Part shown: positions 31,179-39,254 of the stretch, one piece after another
Position numbering within the stretch: position 1 is the stretch's first letter
How the letters are laid out: each line of letters opens with the position of its first letter
Origin: an uncultured Candidatus Rokubacteria bacterium
GTDB lineage: Bacteria; Methylomirabilota; Methylomirabilia; Rokubacteriales; DASRDR01
Assembly (NCBI GenBank): GCA_963708025.1
Contig: CAVPSB010000018.1
Coordinates: 288,001 to 352,000 of the forward strand
DNA: 64,000 nucleotides
Reading direction: 5' to 3'
Made by a program: the position numbers and the translations under genes
The notes under the pieces: model-generated
The model's database searches: none
Told to the model about the DNA's origin: nothing
The model's input: the letters and a program-made list of their open reading frames with translations, nothing else

Positions 31179-32162
31179 ATGCGAACGCTGGTCACGGGGG
31201 GCACCGGGTTCACCGGAAGCCACCTCGTGCGCCGTCTGCTGGCGCGCGGAGACGAGGTGCGGGTGCTCGACGCCGCTCCGGGCCTCTTCCACGACGAGCT
31301 GAGCCGGCTCGGGGCATCGATCACCCTTGGCAGCGTGACCGACGCCGCCCTCGTGGACCGCCTGGTCGCCGGGACCGACCTCGTCTTTCACCTCGCCGCC
31401 GCGTTCCGGAAGATCAACCTGCCGAAGCGCGACTACTGGGAGATCAACGCCCAGGGGACCCGGCACGTCGCCGAGGCGAGCCTGCGCCACCGGGTGCGGC
31501 GGCTGGTCTACTGCTCGACCCAGGGCGTGCACGGCCACGTCGCCGAGGTCCCCGGTCACGAGGGCTCGCCGATCGCGCCCGAGGACTACTACCAGCAGAC
31601 GAAGCACGAGGGCGAGCAGCTCTTGTGGGAGGTGGCGAAGCAGGGCCTGGAGGCGTGCGTGCTCCGCCCCATGGGGATCTACGGCCCCGGCGACCCCGGG
31701 CGCTTCCTGATGCTCTTCCGCGCCGTCCGCCGGGGGCGGTTCCTGATGTTCGGCGACGGCGAGGTATTCTACCACCCCTGCTACATCGACAACCTGGTGG
31801 ACGCCTTCGAGCTGGCCGCCGAGCATCCGAAGGCCGTGGGCGAGACCTACCTGATCGGCGACGATCGCTACGTCTCGCTGAACGAGCTGGTGCGGGCCAC
31901 CGGCCGGAGCCTCGGGGTCGACGTGCGGATCGTCTATCTGCCGTATGCGCCGCTCTGGCTGGCCTCGGCGCTGTGCGAGGCGATCTGCAAGCCGCTCCGG
32001 ATCGAGCCGCCGCTCTTCCGCCGGCGCGCCGAGTGGTTCCGGCAGACGCGCGCCTTCACCGTCGACAAGGCGCGCCGGGAGCTCGGCTTCGAGCCGCGGG
32101 TGCCGCTCGACGAGGGTCTGGCCCGGACCGCCGCCTGGTACAAGGAGCACCGCTACCTGTGA
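31179..32162 (+). CDS. NAD-dependent epimerase/dehydratase (extended SDR)
   Basis: 'VTGGTGFTGS', 'VFHLAA', 'YQQTK', 'IYGPGD'. Confidence 0.92.
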   Translation: MRTLVTGGTGFTGSHLVRRLLARGDEVRVLDAAPGLFHDELSRLGASITLGSVTDAALVDRLVAGTDLVFHLAAAFRKINLPKRDYWEINAQGTRHVAEASLRHRVRRLVYCSTQGVHGHVAEVPGHEGSPIAPEDYYQQTKHEGEQLLWEVAKQGLEACVLRPMGIYGPGDPGRFLMLFRAVRRGRFLMFGDGEVFYHPCYIDNLVDAFELAAEHPKAVGETYLIGDDRYVSLNELVRATGRSLGVDVRIVYLPYAPLWLASALCEAICKPLRIEPPLFRRRAEWFRQTRAFTVDKARRELGFEPRVPLDEGLARTAAWYKEHRYL

Positions 32163-32177
32163 GGAGCCCGTAGCCCC

Positions 32178-34061
32178 ATGTGCGGGATCGCCGGCGTCGT
32201 CGAGTACCGGGAGGGATACCAGACCCCCGGGCACGTGCTCGAGGCCATGGGGAAGATCATCGAGCACCGGGGCCCGGACCAGGGCAGCACCTTCCAGGAC
32301 GGACCGGTCGGCCTGGTCGGGCGCCGGCTCAAGATCATCGACCTCTCGCCGGCCGGGTCCCAGCCGGTGCCCAACGAGGACGGCTCGATCCAGCTCGTCT
32401 ACAACGGCGAGATGTTCAACCACGCGCCGCTCCGCCGGGAGCTGGAGGTGCTCGGTCACCGGTTCCGCGGCCGGTGTGACAGCGAGGTCGTGGTCCACGC
32501 CTACGAGGCGTGGGGTCCGCGCTGCGTCGAGCGCTTCCGCGGCTTCTTCGCCTTCGCGCTCTGGGACGGCGGGCGCCGCCAGCTCCTCCTGGCCCGCGAC
32601 CGCATCGGGATCAAGCCCCTCTACTACGTCGAGCGCCCCGAGCGCTTTCTCTTCGGCTCCGAGATCAAGGCGATCCTCGAGCACCCCGACGTCCCGCGCG
32701 AGGTGGACGTCCAGTCGCTGTACCACTACATGGGCTACGAGTTCGTGCCCGGCCCCGCCACGATGTTTCGCGGGATCCGGAAGCTGCCGCCGGGCTCGAT
32801 CCTCCTCCTGAAGGACGGCCAGGTCGAGATCCAGCCCTACTGGGAGCTGCGCTTCGCCGACTCGCCGCACGACGCCGCCACCCTGGAGCGGCGGGTCCGC
32901 GACGCCTGCCGGGACGCGGTCCACGCCTGGATGATGTCGGACGTCCCCGAGGGGGTCTTCCTCTCCGGCGGGCTGGACTCCACGGCGGTCCTCGCCTTCG
33001 CCCGCGAGGCGACCTCGGGGCCGCTCCCGACCTTCACGCTCGGCTACGACGACCCCTCGTTCAGCGAGTGGGAGTACGCGCGGGAGGCGGCCCGCTACTA
33101 CGGGACCGAGCACCGGGAGATCAAGATCCCGCCGATCACCCCGGCAACCATCGAGGAGGCCGTGTGGCACCTCGACGAGCCGATGACCGACCTCTCGGCG
33201 GTGCCGCTCTTCCTGCTCTGCCGGGAGGCGCGCCGGGACGTGACGGTCTGCCTGTCGGGGGAGGGCGGGGACGAGGTCTTCATCGGCTACGACCGCTTCA
33301 TCGCCTCCAAGGCCGAGAGCTTCTACCGGCTCCTCCCCGGGTGGCTGCGGCGCGGCGTGATCGAGCCGCTGGCCGGCGGCCTCCGCGATCACGAGCGGAA
33401 GAAGGGGCTCCGGGTCGTGCTGCGGCGCTTCATCGAGGGAGCCCGGCTCGATCCCGAGGGTGGCCACATGCGCTGGCAGTACTTCGGCTCGCCGGCCATC
33501 GAGGCGCAGATCTTCAGCGGCGCGGTCCTCCGGTCGGTGGACCGGGACCGCTTCGCGCCCATCCGGCGGGCGCTCGAGCGCTGCGATTCGACGCGCCGCC
33601 TCGACCGGGAGATCTTCGTGGATACCCGGTTCACGATGCCGGACTCCGTGCTGATGAAAGTCGACAAGATGTCGATGGCGCACGCGCTGGAGATCCGGGT
33701 GCCGCTCCTGGACCACCACCTGGTGGAGCTGGCCGCCACCATCCCCGAATCCCTGAAGTTCCCGGGCTTCCGGACCCGCGCGATCTACCGCCGCGCGCTC
33801 CGGGGCGTCCTGCCGCCTCGCATCCTGACCCGGGGCAAGCAGGGCTACAGCCTGCCGCTCAAGCAGTGGCTGCGCCACGAGCTGAAGGACTACACGATCC
33901 GGCTCCTCAACGACTCGGAGGCCATCCGCGCCTACTTCGACCGGGACGGGGTGAACTGGATGATCGCCGAGCACCTCTCCCTGCGCGCCAACCACAACCA
34001 CACGCTGTGGGCTCTCATCAATGTGGCGCTGTGGCACCGGCGATTCATCGAAGGAGTGTAG
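32178..34061 (+). CDS. asnB: Asparagine synthase (glutamine-hydrolysing) family amidotransferase
   Basis: N-terminal MCGIAG, HRGPD, YNGE, RDRIGIKPLYY, LSGGLDS, LSGEGGDE, KVDKMSMAHALE. Confidence 0.9.
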   Translation: MCGIAGVVEYREGYQTPGHVLEAMGKIIEHRGPDQGSTFQDGPVGLVGRRLKIIDLSPAGSQPVPNEDGSIQLVYNGEMFNHAPLRRELEVLGHRFRGRCDSEVVVHAYEAWGPRCVERFRGFFAFALWDGGRRQLLLARDRIGIKPLYYVERPERFLFGSEIKAILEHPDVPREVDVQSLYHYMGYEFVPGPATMFRGIRKLPPGSILLLKDGQVEIQPYWELRFADSPHDAATLERRVRDACRDAVHAWMMSDVPEGVFLSGGLDSTAVLAFAREATSGPLPTFTLGYDDPSFSEWEYAREAARYYGTEHREIKIPPITPATIEEAVWHLDEPMTDLSAVPLFLLCREARRDVTVCLSGEGGDEVFIGYDRFIASKAESFYRLLPGWLRRGVIEPLAGGLRDHERKKGLRVVLRRFIEGARLDPEGGHMRWQYFGSPAIEAQIFSGAVLRSVDRDRFAPIRRALERCDSTRRLDREIFVDTRFTMPDSVLMKVDKMSMAHALEIRVPLLDHHLVELAATIPESLKFPGFRTRAIYRRALRGVLPPRILTRGKQGYSLPLKQWLRHELKDYTIRLLNDSEAIRAYFDRDGVNWMIAEHLSLRANHNHTLWALINVALWHRRFIEGV

Positions 34062-34097
34062 TGCCGGCGGCAACGCCGTGATCCGACGAGGTGTAGG

Positions 34098-35810
34098 CTG
34101 AGGCCAGGGCGCGGGTCGTTCTTCCTCCGGGTCGCCGTCAGCGTCGGGCTGCTCGTCCTCCTCTTCGCCTTCGTCGACCGCGCGGAGCTGGCCCGGCGGC
34201 TCGCCTCCGCCGACGCCGGGTACCTGCTGGCGGTGATCGCCGTCGTCACCGCCGACCGCCTGCTGATGGCCTGGAAGTGGTGGCTCCTGCTCCGGGGCCG
34301 GGACGCGGCGGTCAGCCTGTGGGCGGCGATCCGCGCGTACTACCTGGCGTCGTTCGCGGGCTGGTTCCTGCCGATGACGGTGGGGGCCGACGCCGTCCGG
34401 ATCGCGGCCCTGGCCGGCCAGGGCCGCACCACGGGCCTGGTGGCCTCGGTCGTCCTGGAGCGGGCGGTCGGGGCCCTGGCCCAGGCGGTGCTCGCCACCA
34501 TCTCGGTCGGCTTCCTGATCGCGCTCGGCCTGGGCGCCCAGGTCGGCCCCGGCGAGCGCTGGGCGGGGGCCGCCGCGCTGGCCGCGGCCTTCGCCGCCTT
34601 TCCCTTCTCGTTTCGCGCGGCGCGCTGGGTCGCGGCCCGGGTCGGGCCCGGGACCGGCTGGCGGGCCAAGCTCGGCGCGCTGGCCGCCGCCTACGCGAGC
34701 TACGGCGGCTCGGCCGGACTCGTGCTGGCCTTCTTCGGGCTCACGCTCCTCGAAGGCTGCCTCCCCGTCGTCTACCACTACTTCGCCGGCCGGGCCCTCG
34801 GACTCGATCCCGGCTGGAGCTTCTACATCGCCACCGTGCCGCTGGTCTTCCTGGTCTCCCGGCTGCCGATCAGCCTGGGCGGCCTGGGCGTCCTCGAGCT
34901 GTCGTTCGTCTACCTCGGATCCCTGCTCGGGCTCGGCCGCACGCAGGCCTTCTCGATCGCCGTGCTGTCGGAGGCCCTGGTCCTCGTCTCGCTGATCCCG
35001 GGCGCCATCGCCTACCTCTTCCCGGCCCGCCCCTCGATCCCGGCCCGGTCGGTCGGGGCCGCCGCGGCCGACAACCGGCTCGCCGACATGCAGGGCGCCC
35101 TCTTCGATGACCGCCGCTCGGCGGCGCAGCGCTACATGGACCTCTTCGTCGGCGAGCGCGGCTGGTGGGCCCTCGTCCGGTACGAGCTGGTCATGCTGGG
35201 CGCCTCGTGGGTCCCGGGGGCCCTCGGTCTGCTCCTGCGCCGGCTCTTGTATCCCCGGCTCCTGGGGGCCTGCGGCCGGAACGTCTCCTTCGGCGCCAAC
35301 GTGACCCTGCGCCACCCGCGGAAGATCCGGATCGCCGCCGACGTCGCGATCGACGACGGCTGCGTCCTGGACGCGAAGGGGACCGCCAACGACGGCATCC
35401 GGATCGGCCAGCGCGTGTTCCTGGGACGGAACACGATCCTGGCCTGCAAGGACGGCGACATCGTGCTCGAGGACGGGGTGAACATCTCGTACCAGTGCGC
35501 GGTGTTCTCGGCGTCCTCGGTCCGGATCGGGGCCGACACGCTGCTGGCCGCCTACTGCTACGTGGTGGGGGGCGGACATGAGTTCGAGCGCACCGACATC
35601 CCGGTCATCCGCCAGGGCCGCCCGTCCAAGGGGATCGACGTCGGCCACGGCGTCTGGCTGGGCGCCGGCGCCATCCTCCTGGACGGCGTGAGCGTGGGGC
35701 ACGACGCCGTGATCGGCGCCCACGCGGTGGTGACCCAGGACGTGCCGGCGTTCGCCATCGCCGCCGGCGCGCCGGCGCGGGTGGTCCGGGATCGGCGGGA
35801 GTCGGGATGA
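34098..35810 (+). CDS. LPG_synthase_TM flippase-like domain fused to a hexapeptide-repeat (LbH) acyltransferase
   Basis: 'LPMTVGADAVR','LERAVG','LPISLGGLGV', then in frame 'IGQRVFLGRNT...VGHGVWLGAGAILLDGVSVG...AGAPARVVR'. Start inferred at CTG 34098; the ORF track starts at 34233. Confidence 0.8.
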   Translation: MRPGRGSFFLRVAVSVGLLVLLFAFVDRAELARRLASADAGYLLAVIAVVTADRLLMAWKWWLLLRGRDAAVSLWAAIRAYYLASFAGWFLPMTVGADAVRIAALAGQGRTTGLVASVVLERAVGALAQAVLATISVGFLIALGLGAQVGPGERWAGAAALAAAFAAFPFSFRAARWVAARVGPGTGWRAKLGALAAAYASYGGSAGLVLAFFGLTLLEGCLPVVYHYFAGRALGLDPGWSFYIATVPLVFLVSRLPISLGGLGVLELSFVYLGSLLGLGRTQAFSIAVLSEALVLVSLIPGAIAYLFPARPSIPARSVGAAAADNRLADMQGALFDDRRSAAQRYMDLFVGERGWWALVRYELVMLGASWVPGALGLLLRRLLYPRLLGACGRNVSFGANVTLRHPRKIRIAADVAIDDGCVLDAKGTANDGIRIGQRVFLGRNTILACKDGDIVLEDGVNISYQCAVFSASSVRIGADTLLAAYCYVVGGGHEFERTDIPVIRQGRPSKGIDVGHGVWLGAGAILLDGVSVGHDAVIGAHAVVTQDVPAFAIAAGAPARVVRDRRESG

Positions 35811-36901
35811 CGGGGTCGCGCGGCGGGGCCTCGGTCACCCTGCGCGCTCCGCCCCCGGGGGAGCGGGAGCGGAGGGTGGCCGTGGAAGCGGGGGAGACGG
35901 GGGCCGGCCGCACGTGGCTCCAGTGGCTGGTGGCGCTGGGGGTGTCCGGGGGCATCCTCGCGTTCCTGTTCCTGTGGCAGGGCGCCGATCCCCGGCGGCT
36001 CGGCCCGCTGGTCGCCGCCATCTCGCTGCCGGGCGTGCTGGCTTTCTTGGTGATTAGCGTCGCGGCGCTCGTCCTCCGCACGCTCCGCTACTGGGTCCTC
36101 CTCGGTGGCCGGGCGCCCGTCTGGCCGCTCCTGCTCGTCACGCTGGTCCGCAACCTCTTCGTGGACCTGGTCCCGGCCCGGGCGGGCGCCGCCGCCAGCT
36201 ACATCTACCTGGTGACGGCGCGGCTCGGCCTGCCCCCCGAGGCCGCCATCGCCTCCTTCGCGCTCTCGTTCGTCCTGGACACGCTCGCGCTGGCGCCCCT
36301 GCTGCTCGCCGCCGTCCTCCTGGTCGGGGCGAGCCCGCTGCCGCCCGTGCTGTTGATCGGCGGGAGTCTTCTGCTCCTCGTCGGCGCCGGGGCGGCGCTG
36401 CTCCTGCTCGCCCCCGGCCTCCGCGTGGCGGCCGCGCTCGCCGGCCGGGTGCCGGGGCTCCTCGGCCGGGCGGGGGCGCCGCTCGCCCGGGCGGCCGACG
36501 AGGTCCGTGGCCTCGACGTCCGCCGGGTGCTGCTGCCGGCCCTGGGGCTGTCACTGCTCCTCCGCCTGGCCAAGTACGGCGCCTACTACTGTCTCCTGCA
36601 AGCGCTCCTGGTGGGGCAGGGGCAGGCGTGGTGGAGCCTCGACTTCCTGCGGGTGTTCCTCAGCATCGCGGGCGCCGAGCTGGCGGCCTCGCTCCCGCTC
36701 CCCACGATCGCGAGCCTGGGCCCCTACGAGGCGGCCGGGGCGACCGGCTTCGCCTACTGGCTCGGCCTGCCGCGCGAGCTGGCGACGCTGGCGGTGACGG
36801 CGTTTCACGGCCTGTCCCAGATCCACGACTACGGTCTGGGCCTCCTGGCGCTCGTGTGGATCACGGCGCCGTGGGTCGGGCGGCGGGGACGGCGCCCGTG
36901 A
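35807..36901 (+). CDS. LPG_synthase_TM putative flippase
   Basis: 'LRYWVLL','NLFVDLVPARAG','LPTIASLGPYE'; multi-TM. Confidence 0.8.
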   Translation: MTGSRGGASVTLRAPPPGERERRVAVEAGETGAGRTWLQWLVALGVSGGILAFLFLWQGADPRRLGPLVAAISLPGVLAFLVISVAALVLRTLRYWVLLGGRAPVWPLLLVTLVRNLFVDLVPARAGAAASYIYLVTARLGLPPEAAIASFALSFVLDTLALAPLLLAAVLLVGASPLPPVLLIGGSLLLLVGAGAALLLLAPGLRVAAALAGRVPGLLGRAGAPLARAADEVRGLDVRRVLLPALGLSLLLRLAKYGAYYCLLQALLVGQGQAWWSLDFLRVFLSIAGAELAASLPLPTIASLGPYEAAGATGFAYWLGLPRELATLAVTAFHGLSQIHDYGLGLLALVWITAPWVGRRGRRP

Positions 36902-37008
36902 GGGCGCGGGAACGTGTTGAGCCCGCGGTAGAATGACGGAGGCACGCGCGGGTGACCCGGACGGGTGGCCGCCTTCGCGCGCCGGAGTCGATTCGCAGGG
37001 TGGTGTGG

Positions 37009-38121
37009 ATGATGGTTCGTCGGACGATCCTCGTGGTTCTCGCCGCGCTCGTGCTGGGCTCCGGCGTCGTGGCGGCGCTGCCGCGGGTGGCCGGCGAGCT
37101 GCCCAAGCCCTGGAGCGACGTGGCCCGGCTGCCGGAGCGGGCCTGGGCGCGGATCTTCCCGCCGCGGGTGCCGAAGAAGGCCCGGCTGGCCGGGCTCGCC
37201 GGCCCCGAGCAGGAGGCGGTGCGGGAGCTGGGCCGTCGTCTCGACGGGATGCTCGTCTGGTCCTCCAACCGGAGCGGCCACCACCAGCTCTACCTGGTCG
37301 ATCTGCGGGAGCAGTCGGTGCGCCAGCTCACCAGCAGTCCGAACGTCAACTTCCTCTCGCGCTTCTCCCCGGACGGCCGCCAGGTCGTGTTCCTGCGGAG
37401 CCAGCAGGAGTACGTGACCTTCCGCGATCCGACGCGATGGGACGTCTTCCTGGTCAACGTGGACGGCACCGGGGAGCGCCGGATCGCCCGCGGTGGGTAC
37501 CACCCGACCTGGACCAGGGACGGCTTGGCGGTGATCTTCGAGCGCCAGGGCCGGATCGTCCGTTACGATCTCGCGGCCCGGCAGGAGACGGTCGCCCTCG
37601 ACGGCCCGACCGAGTTTCCGGGTGGCGAGCTGGGGGACGTCGAGCTGGCCCCCGACGGCCGCCGGTGGGCGTTCGGCCTCCGCGGCACCTTCGCCGGCGT
37701 GTTCGGCCTCCAGGGGCCGTACTCCGGCGCCGTCGTCTTCGACCCGCAGGCCCGGACGCTCGCCTCGCTCACCCGGGAGCAGGCCTGCCAGACGACGTGG
37801 GCGCCCGACGGGCAGCGCGTGCTCTGGATGGAGCCCGGCGGCAACGGCGGCACCCGGATCATGAGCGGCCGGCCCGACGGGAGCGGCCGAGGGGTGTTCA
37901 TGGACCTGCCGGGGGCGTACAGTCACGAGTACTTCCCGAAGCTCGCCAACGACGGGCGCTGGCTCGTCTGGGGCGCCTCGGCCGAGGGGCACGAGCACGA
38001 TCGCGCCGACTACGAGATCTTCGTCTGGGAGGTGGGCGCGCCGGTCGAGCAGGCGGTGCGCCTGACGCACCACGAGGGGAACGATCAGTGGCCCGACCTC
38101 TGGGTCCGGCCGGGAGGCTGA
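37009..38121 (+). CDS. TolB-like PD40 beta-propeller periplasmic protein
   Basis: N-terminal signal/TM; 'WSSNRSG','FSPDGRQVVF','WAPDGQRV','RLTHHEGND.WP'. Confidence 0.8.
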   Translation: MMVRRTILVVLAALVLGSGVVAALPRVAGELPKPWSDVARLPERAWARIFPPRVPKKARLAGLAGPEQEAVRELGRRLDGMLVWSSNRSGHHQLYLVDLREQSVRQLTSSPNVNFLSRFSPDGRQVVFLRSQQEYVTFRDPTRWDVFLVNVDGTGERRIARGGYHPTWTRDGLAVIFERQGRIVRYDLAARQETVALDGPTEFPGGELGDVELAPDGRRWAFGLRGTFAGVFGLQGPYSGAVVFDPQARTLASLTREQACQTTWAPDGQRVLWMEPGGNGGTRIMSGRPDGSGRGVFMDLPGAYSHEYFPKLANDGRWLVWGASAEGHEHDRADYEIFVWEVGAPVEQAVRLTHHEGNDQWPDLWVRPGG

Positions 38122-38169
38122 GCTCGGAGCGAACGATGGATCGCCGGGCAGCGGCAGACGCGCTTTTCC

Positions 38170-38283
38170 GGCCCCCCCCTCCCCCAGTGCCCTCCGAGGG
38201 ACGGGACGTCGCGAGGGCCGTAGGCCCGAGCCGTCCGGGATCCGGTCAGACGGGAGGGGGGCCAAAGGCCGAAGGCCGTCGAA
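38170..38283 (+). repeat. Intergenic inverted repeat ending in a repeat family A core
   Basis: GGCCCCCCCCTCCC...GGGAGGGGGGGCC, followed by AAAGGCCGAAGGCCGTC. Confidence 0.55.
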
Positions 38284-38315
38284 GGATCGGGTGGGTGGGA
38301 GGTCCCAAACTAACC

Positions 38316-39254
38316 ATGGCGGACTCCGAGCTGGCACCGACCGCGGTCCCCGGCGTGACGGTGCCGGTCGGGACCTGGGTCGATTACCTCCGCCCGCTCC
38401 GCTTCGACCACTGGATCAAGAACGCCGTGGTGCCGGTGGGAAGCGTCCTGGCCCTGGCGGCCCACCGGAGCGCCCTCGACCTCGAGCTGCTCGTCAACAT
38501 CGCGCTGGCCTTCGTCATCTCCGGCGGGGTGTCCTCGGTCAACTACGCGATCAACGAGGTCCTCGACGCCCCGTTCGACACGCGGCACCCCGTCAAGCGC
38601 GACCGGCCGATCCCGTCCGGGCGGGTCCGGGTGGCGCCGCTGCTCGTGCTGACCGCGGTGCTCGGGCTTGTCACCTTCGGCGTCGCGGCGTGGCTCTTCG
38701 ACGGGCCGTTCGTCCTGGCGACGGTCGCGCTCTTCGTCGCCGGCCTCCTCTACAACCTCCCGCCGGTACGGCTCAAGGACTGGCCGTACCTGGACGCGGT
38801 GGTGGAGTCGCTGACGAACCCCATCCGCGTCGCCATCGGTTGGTACGCCGTCGCCTCGGTCCAGCTCCCGCCGCCAACCTTCCTGCTCGTCGCGGTGTGG
38901 GCGTTCGGGGCCTTCCTCATGACCGGGAAGCGCCTGGCCGAGCTGCGGCTCCTTGGCGAGACGGCGGCGCGGTACCGGCCGACCTTTGGCGCCTACTCGG
39001 TCCGGACGCTGCTCGTGATTCAGCTCGCCTACGCCGCGATGGGGCTCCTGGGGCTGGCCGCCCTGTTCGCCACCCAGCGCCCCCAGCTCCTGGGTGCCCT
39101 TCCGCTCATCGCGGTCGTGGTCGCGTGGGCCTTCAAGATGACCTTCGAGCGGGAGAGCCCGCTGATCGACCCCGAGCACCTCTATCGCCGGCCGTTCTTC
39201 CTGCTGGTCACGCTCGGGGTGTTCGCGGCCACCGTGGCGTGGGCCCTCGCGTGA
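38316..39254 (+). CDS. UbiA-family enzyme resembling decaprenyl-phosphate phosphoribosyltransferase
   Basis: 'LRFDHWIKN','YAINEVLDAPFDTRHPVKRDRPIPSG','RLKD.PYLD','GKRLAEL'. Confidence 0.85.
   Translation: MADSELAPTAVPGVTVPVGTWVDYLRPLRFDHWIKNAVVPVGSVLALAAHRSALDLELLVNIALAFVISGGVSSVNYAINEVLDAPFDTRHPVKRDRPIPSGRVRVAPLLVLTAVLGLVTFGVAAWLFDGPFVLATVALFVAGLLYNLPPVRLKDWPYLDAVVESLTNPIRVAIGWYAVASVQLPPPTFLLVAVWAFGAFLMTGKRLAELRLLGETAARYRPTFGAYSVRTLLVIQLAYAAMGLLGLAALFATQRPQLLGALPLIAVVVAWAFKMTFERESPLIDPEHLYRRPFFLLVTLGVFAATVAWALA

Noticed and set aside
34059-34061. Pyrrolysine or amber readthrough of the asnB stop
   Set aside because: AsnB is complete at this stop, no pyl genes are seen, and a CTG start explains the downstream ORF more simply.
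32178-34061. AsnB-like protein as a lasso peptide cyclase
   Set aside because: It has an intact N-terminal Cys glutaminase domain, no precursor or B protein nearby, and a glycan-locus context.
30936-35723. Very long antisense or alternate-frame ORFs (e.g. 1595 aa here; also 19420-22515, 47235-50588, 55-1341)
   Set aside because: Shadow ORFs of high-GC genes. They are Arg/Gly/Pro-rich, lack motifs, and lie opposite well-supported CDSs.
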